Below are positions 31,993 to 40,313 of a stretch of DNA of 64,000 nt, one piece after another. The stretch lies in NCBI GenBank assembly GCA_046290465.1, contig JBKAGP010000001.1, positions 1,920,001 through 1,984,000 of the forward strand, written 5' to 3'. Position 1 is the stretch's first letter, and each line of letters opens with the position of its first letter. A program made the position numbers and the translations under genes. The notes beneath the pieces were generated by a model. The model was not told where the DNA came from. It saw nothing but the letters and a program-made list of their open reading frames with translations, and made no database searches. Source of the DNA: Planctomycetota bacterium. Lineage in GTDB: Bacteria; Planctomycetota; UBA1135; UBA2386.

Positions 31993-33540
31993 TCACTTCG
32001 GGATGCGCACGTTGTTGGTCTGGTCGGTGCGGCCGATGCGCGGGGCCGGCTGGGGCTCGGGCACCGGACCGACCGGCGGCCGCATGCGGCCACCGCGCTG
32101 GTCGCTGAGCGGACCGGTGCGGCGCGGGTTGAGCGCGGCGCCGTCCAGTTCGATCGTGCGCCGCACGAACGCGTAGTCCGACGACAGCTCGTTCCAGGCG
32201 GTGCGCGGCGCGCGGCAGATCAGCACCAGGAACTGCTCGTCGAACGGGATCACGTCGACGGTCGCCTGCTGCACGTTGCGCGAATCGGACGCCTGCATGC
32301 GGATCGCGTCGCGGCCGCGCACCTTCACGTGGAAGCGGCTGGCGATCTGCAGCTGTGGGTAGAGCAGCGCGAACCAGTTGCCGACGGCGTCGGCGGCGGT
32401 CTCGATCTGCGTGCCGGGCTCGAGGTGGTCCAGCAGCGACAGGCGCACCTCGGCGGCATGCACGTCGCAGGTCAGCGCCAGGTGGCCGGGCGGCAGCGGC
32501 TCGACCGCGCGCCAGGCCGGGTTGGGCACCCACAGGCCGAAGCGGCCGTCGGCCTCGGCGACGATCGCGCTCTGGATCGTGCTGACGCCGACCGCGGCGC
32601 GCGCGCTCGCGGCGCTGCTCGGCATCGCGACCAGGGCGGGCCCGGCGAGTTCGCGGCGCACGACCTTCTGGTCGGCGTCGACCCACTCGCGGCTGCTGAC
32701 GGCGTCGCCGTTGGCGGCCATCACGGCGACCTCGCCGACGCGCTGGCGCACGCCGTCGATCATCACCTGGCGGGCGCCGGTGCCATCGACGCGGCGCACG
32801 ACCAGCTCCTCGTGGCGCGGATCGAACATCGACACCGGGCCGATCTTCGAGGCGGCCTGTCGCGCGAGCGTGCGCGCCAGCAGCGGGAACGTCGCCTCGG
32901 GCGACCACGGCAGCTGCCGTTCGTGGCGGCCGCGGCCGTCCAGTCGGGAGACCACCAGCAGCTCGCCGTCGGCGTTGGCCTCGATGATGCGCTCGTCCTG
33001 CACGCGGTCGGCGCTGGCCAGCGGGTTGTCGATCGGCAGCTGGCGCTGCAGGCGCGGCTTGCTGACGCGCTCCCGGAAGTAGCAGCGCACGCCGTGGCCG
33101 TTCGGGTCGGCCGTGCACTGGTTGGTGACCTGGTAGCGGCGCACGCCGTTGACGAACTCGTACTCCTCGTTGACCGAGAACGAGCCGTCCTGCTGCGTGG
33201 TGATCGACGTGTGCAGCCAGCCGACCGAGTTGCCGTCGGCGTCGTGCAGCACGAACCACGAGTCGTCCGGGCGCACGACCGCGGCGCGCACCGGCGCGGC
33301 CTTGGCCTTGCGACGGACCTGCTTCACCATCGCGCGGCTGACGCCGATCGTGGCGCCGTCCTCGATCTCGATCTCGACGTAGCCGTCGAGTTCGTTGGTG
33401 ATCTTGCCGACCAGTTCGTCGCCGTTCTTCAGCTCGATCACGTCGAGCTTGACGGCCGGGTCGTCGGGCAGCGGCACCGCAACCGGGGCTTGCGGGTCCT
33501 GGATGAGGCAGGCGAGGAGGGTGGTCAGCAGAGCGTTCAT
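31993..33540 (-). CDS. Hypothetical secreted protein
   Basis: Short signal-like N-terminus; DVIELKNGDELVGKI small beta domain; strong coding bias; no family recognised. Confidence 0.75.
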   Translation of the reverse strand: MNALLTTLLACLIQDPQAPVAVPLPDDPAVKLDVIELKNGDELVGKITNELDGYVEIEIEDGATIGVSRAMVKQVRRKAKAAPVRAAVVRPDDSWFVLHDADGNSVGWLHTSITTQQDGSFSVNEEYEFVNGVRRYQVTNQCTADPNGHGVRCYFRERVSKPRLQRQLPIDNPLASADRVQDERIIEANADGELLVVSRLDGRGRHERQLPWSPEATFPLLARTLARQAASKIGPVSMFDPRHEELVVRRVDGTGARQVMIDGVRQRVGEVAVMAANGDAVSSREWVDADQKVVRRELAGPALVAMPSSAASARAAVGVSTIQSAIVAEADGRFGLWVPNPAWRAVEPLPPGHLALTCDVHAAEVRLSLLDHLEPGTQIETAADAVGNWFALLYPQLQIASRFHVKVRGRDAIRMQASDSRNVQQATVDVIPFDEQFLVLICRAPRTAWNELSSDYAFVRRTIELDGAALNPRRTGPLSDQRGGRMRPPVGPVPEPQPAPRIGRTDQTNNVRIPK

Positions 33541-33590
33541 GATGGACGGAGGACTCCGCTCCGTTCATCGAACGCCCGATGGCACTGGCT

Positions 33591-35369
33591 TTACCCGTCC
33601 GTCGACGTTTCGGTGTGGGGATCCGCCGCAGCCGATCCGACGACGCCGGAATCCGCGGTCCGGAAGCCGGCATCGACGGCCCGATCGTCCCGCGCCAGCA
33701 TGCGCCAGCCGAACCACGCGCACCCAGAGCCGAGCAGCGCGAACGGCAGCACCAGCAGCAGCCCCGAGACGCCGTAGAGATCGCCCCAGAAGCGCCACCA
33801 AAGGTGCCGGCCGCGCCGGTCGGCCCAGTGGCGCGGTGCCAGCGCCTGCGCCGGAGCCACCGCGGCGACGCCGTAGACCGCCTCGACGGTGTGCGCGCTG
33901 TCGTCGATCGGCTTGCCGTGCTCGTCCTCGAAGCCACCGACGCAGCTGTTCCAGGCGTAGAGCCAGTTGCGGTACAGCGGCGAGTAGCGCCAGTGCCAGC
34001 CACCGACGTCGGCCGGGTCGATCGTCTTGTCGGCCGCCGCCATCTCGCCGGCGGCGATCGCGCGCTGTTCGTGCGCGGCCAGCGCCTGCGACATCAGCTG
34101 GATCTGGCCGCGCACCGGTGCGACCACACTGGTCAGGCTGACCAGGCAGCCGGCGACCACCGCGACCTTCCACGCGCGCGGGAAGCGCCGCCACGGCGCC
34201 GTCTGCGGCAGCACCAGGGCGCACAGCGCGACCACCCCGGGCGTCACGTAGCGGATCGCCCAAGCCTGGCCACCCTGCCAGCCGAGCGCGGTCGAGAAGA
34301 TCGCGACGGGCGTCAGGAACAGCACCCAAGCCAGCCAGCGCAGCTGCACGCGCTGGCGCCACGATGCGGCCATCGGCAGCGCCAGCCACAGCAGCGGCGA
34401 GCACCACATCAGGCCGCGGCCGGCGCCGAACAGGATCTTGCCGAGCCCGGCCAGCGGATCGGCCTGGAACCACTCGCCGATCGCGGGATAGCCGGTCTCG
34501 AACGGGTCGCCGAAGCGGAAGAAGTTGGTGCCGAGGAACAGCAGCAGCAGCGGTGCACCGCCGAGCACGAACGCCACCAGGTCGCGCCAGCAGCCGCGCC
34601 GCCGGCACGCCAACGCGACGATCGCCGCGAACACGACCACCGACAGCGCCGTCTGGTAGCGCAGCAGGACCGCGCAGCCCGACATCACGCCGGCCCACGT
34701 AGCGGTGGCGCGCGTGCCGGTGCCGCGGTGGATCCGCACCACCGGCAGCAGCGCCGCCAGCAGCAGCATCAGCCCGGGCCCGTCCGACAGCTGCTCGCGC
34801 CCGACCGAGAACGCCTGCGTCGCGAGCCCGATCGCGAGCGTCGACCAGACCGCGTCGCGGCCGCCGGCGCCGAGTTCGCGCGCGATCCGGTAGAGCAGCA
34901 GCAGCGACGTCGCGATGCACAGGGTCGGCACCAGCATCGACATCAGGCCCTGGGTGGCGACCGGCGTGCTCTCGACGAACGTGCGCATCGGCGTCCGCTG
35001 CTGCAGCCGCTGGTCCGCGTCGGGCAGCCAGTCCCCGACCGCGTCGCCGAGCGGCACCACCGGGGTCAGCAGGTAGACGTGGCCCATCGGGAACCACACG
35101 TAGGCCAGCCCGTCGACGCCGATCTTGCCGCACCGGCGCGTGCCGGCACGTTCGTTGGCCTTGATGTAGGCAGCGCCGCCCTGCTCGCCGAGGTTCGCCC
35201 CGCCTTCCTGCCGCGTCAGCAGCGCGCTGTCGCCGCGGTGCCACAGCGAACGCGCCGCGTGCATCGTGAAGCCGGCGTCGGTGGTCTCGAACGAGCCGTG
35301 CGCGACGCACACGAACAGCAGGAACGTGCCGAGCCAGGCGAGCACTCTGCCCGTCGTCGCGCCGTTCAC
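33591..35369 (-). CDS. Multi-pass membrane glycosyltransferase, GT-C fold (ArnT/PMT-like)
   Basis: About 11-12 TMs; acidic first loop (ETTD), NFFRFGDPFETGY, RGLMWCSP, WQGGQAWAIRY; GTGA overlap with the upstream gene. Confidence 0.6.
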   Translation of the reverse strand: MNGATTGRVLAWLGTFLLFVCVAHGSFETTDAGFTMHAARSLWHRGDSALLTRQEGGANLGEQGGAAYIKANERAGTRRCGKIGVDGLAYVWFPMGHVYLLTPVVPLGDAVGDWLPDADQRLQQRTPMRTFVESTPVATQGLMSMLVPTLCIATSLLLLYRIARELGAGGRDAVWSTLAIGLATQAFSVGREQLSDGPGLMLLLAALLPVVRIHRGTGTRATATWAGVMSGCAVLLRYQTALSVVVFAAIVALACRRRGCWRDLVAFVLGGAPLLLLFLGTNFFRFGDPFETGYPAIGEWFQADPLAGLGKILFGAGRGLMWCSPLLWLALPMAASWRQRVQLRWLAWVLFLTPVAIFSTALGWQGGQAWAIRYVTPGVVALCALVLPQTAPWRRFPRAWKVAVVAGCLVSLTSVVAPVRGQIQLMSQALAAHEQRAIAAGEMAAADKTIDPADVGGWHWRYSPLYRNWLYAWNSCVGGFEDEHGKPIDDSAHTVEAVYGVAAVAPAQALAPRHWADRRGRHLWWRFWGDLYGVSGLLLVLPFALLGSGCAWFGWRMLARDDRAVDAGFRTADSGVVGSAAADPHTETSTDG

Positions 35370-36973
35370 TTGCCGCCTCCGCTGGTCAAAACGCTGGTGT
35401 CCACGCCGCACAGGGGCAGCGCCCAGAACCATAGCACCGGCAGCAGGATCATGGCGGACAGCAGGTTGAGGCCGATGCCGGCGCGAGCCATCTGGCCGAA
35501 GCGGATCTGCCGCGACGCGAACACGATGGTGTTCGGCGGCGTCGAGATCGGCAGCATGAAGCTGCACGAAGCGCCGATGACAACGGGCAGCATCAGCACC
35601 AGCGGATCGATGCCGGACGCAATCGCGCCCTCGCGCACGATCGGCAGCGACAGCGTGGCGACCGCGGTGTTGCTGGCGACCTCGGACAGGAACGAGACGG
35701 CCAGGATGATGCACAGCATCAGCAGCACCGGGTGCATCGAGCCGATCAGCGGCCGCAGCAGCTCGCCGAAGGCCGCCGACAGGCCGGTCGGCCCGAACGC
35801 CTGCGCCATCGCGATGCCGCCGCCGAGCAGCAGCAGCAGGTCGAACGGCATCTGGCGCGCGGTCTGCCAGTCGCACAGCCGGCGCGGTTCGCCGCCGCCC
35901 GACGGGATCACGAACGCCAGGATCGCGACCAGCACCGCGACCGAACCGTCGGCCAGGAAGCGGTCGCGTTCGCCGGCCGGCACCAGGTAGTGGGCCCAGC
36001 CGTGCAGCACGCCGCCGTCGCCGAGCGGCAGATCGCCGCGCGTCATCCACAGCAGCACCGCGACGCCGAACAGCGCCGCGGTGCGCTTCTCGCCCGCACT
36101 CCAGCGCGGCTGGCTACGCGCCTCGTGCAGCAGTTCGTCGCCGCGCTGCAGACGGCGGCCCGGCATCGGCAGCGCGAACCGGGCGATCACCTGGCTGGCG
36201 CCGAACGACAGGATCAGCGAGAACGGCGCGAACGCCAGCAGCCACAGCAAGAACGACACCGGCCGCGCGCCGGCGTCGACCAGCGGTTCGTAGTTGGTGA
36301 AGAACAGCGCGTTCGGGGCGGTGCCGATCGGTGAGCCCATGCCGCCGATGGTCGCGCCGAACGCGATCGCGCACATGACCGCGGCGCCGAAGTTGGACTG
36401 GGCCCGGGCGTCGAGTTCGCCGAGGTCGGCGGTGCGCCGGACCAGCACCGTGCCGATCGGCAGCAGCAGCAGCGCGACCGCGGTGTTGCTGATCCACATC
36501 GACGCGCAGGTCGCCGCCAGCGCGAAGCCGAGCACCAGCCGGCGCGGATACGGCCCGAGCCTGCCGACGATGTTGAGCGCCATGCGACGGTGCAGGCCGC
36601 AGCGTTCGACCGCCTGCGCCAGCACGAAGCCGCCGCCGAACAGCCATAGGATCGGGTGGCCGTAGCCGCCGGTCAGCGAGGCCGTCGAACGCACGCCGAG
36701 GATCGGCAGCAGCGCCAGCGGCAGCAGCGACGCCGCCGCGATCGGCATCGCCGCGAGCAGCCACGACGAGGTGGTCAGGCCGACGACGAACAACAGCCGG
36801 CACGCGGCCGGGCCGTATTCGAGCTGGCCCGGCGGCAGCGGGCGCGGTTGCTCCGGGAACGGCAGATAGTGGCCGAGCCACCAGCAGCACAGGCCGATCC
36901 CCACCGCCAGCAGGATGCGCCAGCCGTGCACCTGGTCGCTGGGGTCCACGGCGGCGGGCTGCTCGGTCGACAC
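35366..36973 (-). CDS. SLC13/DASS family anion symporter
   Basis: SMWISNT and SEVASNT motifs, GSPIGTAPN, FMLPISTPPN; many TMs. Confidence 0.92.
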   Translation of the reverse strand: MSTEQPAAVDPSDQVHGWRILLAVGIGLCCWWLGHYLPFPEQPRPLPPGQLEYGPAACRLLFVVGLTTSSWLLAAMPIAAASLLPLALLPILGVRSTASLTGGYGHPILWLFGGGFVLAQAVERCGLHRRMALNIVGRLGPYPRRLVLGFALAATCASMWISNTAVALLLLPIGTVLVRRTADLGELDARAQSNFGAAVMCAIAFGATIGGMGSPIGTAPNALFFTNYEPLVDAGARPVSFLLWLLAFAPFSLILSFGASQVIARFALPMPGRRLQRGDELLHEARSQPRWSAGEKRTAALFGVAVLLWMTRGDLPLGDGGVLHGWAHYLVPAGERDRFLADGSVAVLVAILAFVIPSGGGEPRRLCDWQTARQMPFDLLLLLGGGIAMAQAFGPTGLSAAFGELLRPLIGSMHPVLLMLCIILAVSFLSEVASNTAVATLSLPIVREGAIASGIDPLVLMLPVVIGASCSFMLPISTPPNTIVFASRQIRFGQMARAGIGLNLLSAMILLPVLWFWALPLCGVDTSVLTSGGGK

Positions 36974-36983
36974 GGCGGGCTCC

Positions 36984-37304
36984 TCAGGGCTGCACGGACT
37001 CGGCGATCCAGGACAGGTACGCCGGCAGGCCGGCGGCGACGTCGAGCGCGATCACCTCGGGCACGTCGTACGGGTGCAGCTCGGCGAGCCGGTCGCGCAG
37101 CGCCTCGAAGCCGCCGGCGGTGGTCTTGACGACCAGCAGTTGCTCGTCGGCGACGTCGGTCCGCCCCTGCCAGCGGAAGAACGAACGCACCTGCGGCAGC
37201 ACGTTGACGCACGCGCACAGCCGTTCGTCGACGACGGCGCGAGCGAGCCGTTCGGCGTGCTCGGCGGGCGCCGTGCACAGCGCGACCACGCAGTCGGACG
37301 CCAT
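36984..37304 (-). CDS. cutA: Divalent-cation tolerance protein CutA
   Basis: LCACVN, SFFRWQG, LVVKT, HPYDVPEVIA, YLSWI. Start at ATG 37304. Confidence 0.93.
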   Translation of the reverse strand: MASDCVVALCTAPAEHAERLARAVVDERLCACVNVLPQVRSFFRWQGRTDVADEQLLVVKTTAGGFEALRDRLAELHPYDVPEVIALDVAAGLPAYLSWIAESVQP

Positions 37305-37306
37305 CG

Positions 37307-38056
37307 CTACTTGCCCCGCGCCAGGCGCTCGGCCAGCGCCGGGTGCAGGCCGGCGGCGAGGATCTTGGCCTGGGTGCGGCGGAAGTCGTACGGCACCCGC
37401 TCGATCTGCACGCGATCGCCGCGCACCACCGCGAAGCTGGCGCGCGGGTCGCCGTCGCGCGGCTGGCCGACGCTGCCGACGTTGACGATGCACGGGCCGT
37501 CGATGACGAACTCGCGCTCGTCGTCGGTCGCCTGCGAGAACCGGTAGTCGGGGCGGTGCACGCCCGGCCAGTGCGTGTGGCCGACGAAGCACGGTCCGTC
37601 GACGTGCGCGAACAGCTGCTGCATCTTCTCCGGTTCGAGGAAGCCGTCGCTCTTCAGCACGTACTCCATCACCGGGTCGCGCGGCGAACCGTGGTAGAAC
37701 TTGAAGCCGAAGTCCTCCATGCGGTCGGGCAGCCCCTTGAGGAAGTCGTGCGCCTGGCGGCGGCGCGGACGCAGCCACGACGGCTTCAGCTGCTGGCGCG
37801 TGTACATCAGGGCCTCGCGCGCCAGCGGGTTGAAGTCGTCCATGTTGTGGAACATGCCCCAGTCGTGGTTGCCCTGGATGGTCCACTTGCACCGCTTCAT
37901 GACGAGCATCGTCACCGGCAGGGGGTCGGCTCCGTAGCCGACGATGTCGCCGAGGCAGACCACGTCCTGCACGCCGAGTTCGTCGATGCGGGCGAACACC
38001 GCGTCGAGCGCTTCGATGTTGCTGTGCAGGTCCGAGATGATCGCGAAGGTCGCCAC
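37307..38056 (-). CDS. Metallophosphoesterase family protein
   Basis: SDLHSN, GDIVGYG, GNHD, HGSP, GHTH, NVGSVGQPRDGDPRAS. Confidence 0.92.
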   Translation of the reverse strand: MATFAIISDLHSNIEALDAVFARIDELGVQDVVCLGDIVGYGADPLPVTMLVMKRCKWTIQGNHDWGMFHNMDDFNPLAREALMYTRQQLKPSWLRPRRRQAHDFLKGLPDRMEDFGFKFYHGSPRDPVMEYVLKSDGFLEPEKMQQLFAHVDGPCFVGHTHWPGVHRPDYRFSQATDDEREFVIDGPCIVNVGSVGQPRDGDPRASFAVVRGDRVQIERVPYDFRRTQAKILAAGLHPALAERLARGK

Positions 38057-38077
38057 GATGGATACGCTTGGTGGTGC

Positions 38078-39079
38078 CTAGTGGCCGTTCTGCGGACTTG
38101 TGCCGGCCTGCTGACGCAAAAGGGCCTCCTGGATCGCCGACTCCAGCGCCTGCTCGGCCTCGTCGAGGCCCATCAGCATGGTAGCGCCGGCGGCCTTCTT
38201 GTGGCCACCGCCGCCGAACCGGCTGACGATCGCCTGCACGTCGACGTCGCCGCGCGCCCGCAGCGAACACTTGACGGTGCCGTCGAAGCGCTCCTTGAGC
38301 AGCGCCACGACCTCGACGCCGTCGATCGAACGCAGCGGTTCGAGCACGGCGTCGGTGTCGAAGTCGGCCTTCGAGCAGCGCTCGATCAGCGACTTGTCGA
38401 GGCTGATCATCACCAGCTGGTCGTTGCACAGCAGGCGGTGGCGGCGCAGCGCGTCGGCCAGCACCTGCGGCGAGTCGGCGTGGTTGCGACGATGGATCGT
38501 GTCGTAGATGCGCGACGGCTCGACGCCCATCGAGACCAGTTCGCTGGCCATCGCGAACACCTCGGCGTCGGCGTTGGAGTAGCGGAACCAGCCGGTGTCG
38601 GAGACCAACGACAAGAACACGCCCTCGCCGGCCTCGCGGCTCAGCTCGACGTCCATCTCGCGGAACAGGCGCCGCACCAGGGCGCCGGTCGCGGCCGCCG
38701 TCGCGTCGACGTAGCAGACGCTGCCGTCGCCGTGCTCGCTGCCGACGTGGTGGTCGATGACCGCGATCGGCTTGCCGCTCTCACCGAGGCGCTTGCCGAG
38801 CGACCCGACCCGCGACAGCTGCGAGCAGTCGAGCAGGATCGCGACGTCGAACTCCGGCAGCGGGTCGCCGTTGCGGTGGTTGTGGAACTCGGTGTGCTCG
38901 GCCAGCCAGTCGAAGTTCTTCGACAGCGGGTCCGGATTGACGATGTGGGCCGTCTTGCCCATCGCGCGCAGCAGGTGCGACAGCGCGGTCTGCGCGCCGA
39001 CACAGTCGCCGTCGGGGTTCTCGTGACCGGTGAGCAGGAAGGTCTGGTGCGAGCGCAGGAGGTCGGGGAGCGTGGTCAC
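38078..39079 (-). CDS. nrnA: DHH/DHHA1 phosphoesterase (bifunctional oligoribonuclease/pAp phosphatase, NrnA-like)
   Basis: HENPDGD, IDHH, SDTGWF, SLR, GGGGHKKAAG. GTG start at 39079. Confidence 0.88.
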   Translation of the reverse strand: MTTLPDLLRSHQTFLLTGHENPDGDCVGAQTALSHLLRAMGKTAHIVNPDPLSKNFDWLAEHTEFHNHRNGDPLPEFDVAILLDCSQLSRVGSLGKRLGESGKPIAVIDHHVGSEHGDGSVCYVDATAAATGALVRRLFREMDVELSREAGEGVFLSLVSDTGWFRYSNADAEVFAMASELVSMGVEPSRIYDTIHRRNHADSPQVLADALRRHRLLCNDQLVMISLDKSLIERCSKADFDTDAVLEPLRSIDGVEVVALLKERFDGTVKCSLRARGDVDVQAIVSRFGGGGHKKAAGATMLMGLDEAEQALESAIQEALLRQQAGTSPQNGH

Positions 39080-39113
39080 GTAGGGACCAATGTAGGCACT
39101 GCGAAGGCCCGGC

Positions 39114-40313
39114 TCAACGTTCGCGGGGGATGCGCTGGCTGGCGCCGCCCAGAACCACCCGGCGAACGCGCGCCTCGTCGTGCACGAACGCGGCCAGCGT
39201 GGCCTGCCAGTCCCCCGCCGCGTCGACCGCGACGAGGTCGGCGCGACGGCCGCGCCGCAGCGCCCCGCACGCCACGCCGACGGCCCGCCCACCGTGCTCG
39301 GTGGCCATGCGCAGCAGCTGCGACGGCGACAGCGTCGGCCACAGCTCCGCCGCAAGGCGTAGCTCGCCGCGCAAGGTCATCGCGGTGTTGCTGGCGCGCG
39401 AGTCGGTGCCGAGCGCGACCGGCACGCCGCGTCGCAGCCAGCCGGGCACGTCGGGGGGCGTGCGGTCGAACCAGCGGATCGTGCCGGGACAGACCGCGAT
39501 CGACGCCCCGCTCGCGGCGATGCGCGCGACGTCGCCGCGCTCGAGTTCCTGGCAGTGCACCAGCTGCGTGGTCGGGCGCAGCAGCCCGAGCCGTTCGAGG
39601 TGGCGCACCGCGCCGCAGCCCGGCGGCCGGAAGTCGTCGGGCAGCCGACCGAGCGCCGCCAGCAGCTCCGCGAACGGCCCGTCGCCGTCGCGCAGGAACT
39701 GCTGCTCTTCGGGCAGCTCGGCGCAGTGGATCGCGAGGTGGCGACTGCGCCTGGCGGCGGCGCGGAACAGGTCGGCCGAGACCGAATACGGCGCGTGCGG
39801 CGACAGGCCGGGAGCCATCGGGCCGGCCTCGTCCGGCCATAGCGCGCGCGCGTGCGCGGTGGCGTCGCGGCCGCGCAGGTGGAAGCCGGTCAGCTCGCGG
39901 TAGAGCCGGCCGGCCAGCGGCACGCGCCGCAGCGCGGCCGACGTCAGGCCGGTCGAGTCGATCTCGCCGACCGCGGTCACGCCGCCGTGCAGCAGTTCGC
40001 GCAGGTGGCGCACCGCCTGCTCGCGCAGGTCGCGTTCGGTGCAGGCACCGCGCGCCGCCATCACCTCGCGCACCCACGGCAGGAACCGTCGCTCGGTCCG
40101 CGGCAGCGCCCCGAGTTGCAGGTGGGCATGGGCGTTGACCAGCCCCGGGAGCACGGCGACGTCCTCGACCCTGCGGGTCTCGCCGGCGCGCAGGCGCCGC
40201 AGCGAGACGATGCGGCCCCCGGCGTCCCAACGGACCAGGCCCGGGGCCAGCACGCGCTCGGCGTCGAGCGCGACGAAGCGCGCGGCGAGTTCGCCGCGCT
40301 CGGTCCGGATCAC
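39114..40313 (-). CDS. Amidohydrolase family protein (nucleoside-deaminase-like)
   Basis: PGLVNAHAHL, SPHAPYS, HCAE, LVHC, LGTDS; GTGA overlap with the upstream lipoprotein gene. Confidence 0.85.
   Translation of the reverse strand: MIRTERGELAARFVALDAERVLAPGLVRWDAGGRIVSLRRLRAGETRRVEDVAVLPGLVNAHAHLQLGALPRTERRFLPWVREVMAARGACTERDLREQAVRHLRELLHGGVTAVGEIDSTGLTSAALRRVPLAGRLYRELTGFHLRGRDATAHARALWPDEAGPMAPGLSPHAPYSVSADLFRAAARRSRHLAIHCAELPEEQQFLRDGDGPFAELLAALGRLPDDFRPPGCGAVRHLERLGLLRPTTQLVHCQELERGDVARIAASGASIAVCPGTIRWFDRTPPDVPGWLRRGVPVALGTDSRASNTAMTLRGELRLAAELWPTLSPSQLLRMATEHGGRAVGVACGALRRGRRADLVAVDAAGDWQATLAAFVHDEARVRRVVLGGASQRIPRER

Noticed and set aside
39114..40313. Amidohydrolase as the missing HutI
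   Set aside because: It lacks recognisable HutI motifs and lies about 17 kb from hutUH; its motifs fit the nucleoside-deaminase-like group better.
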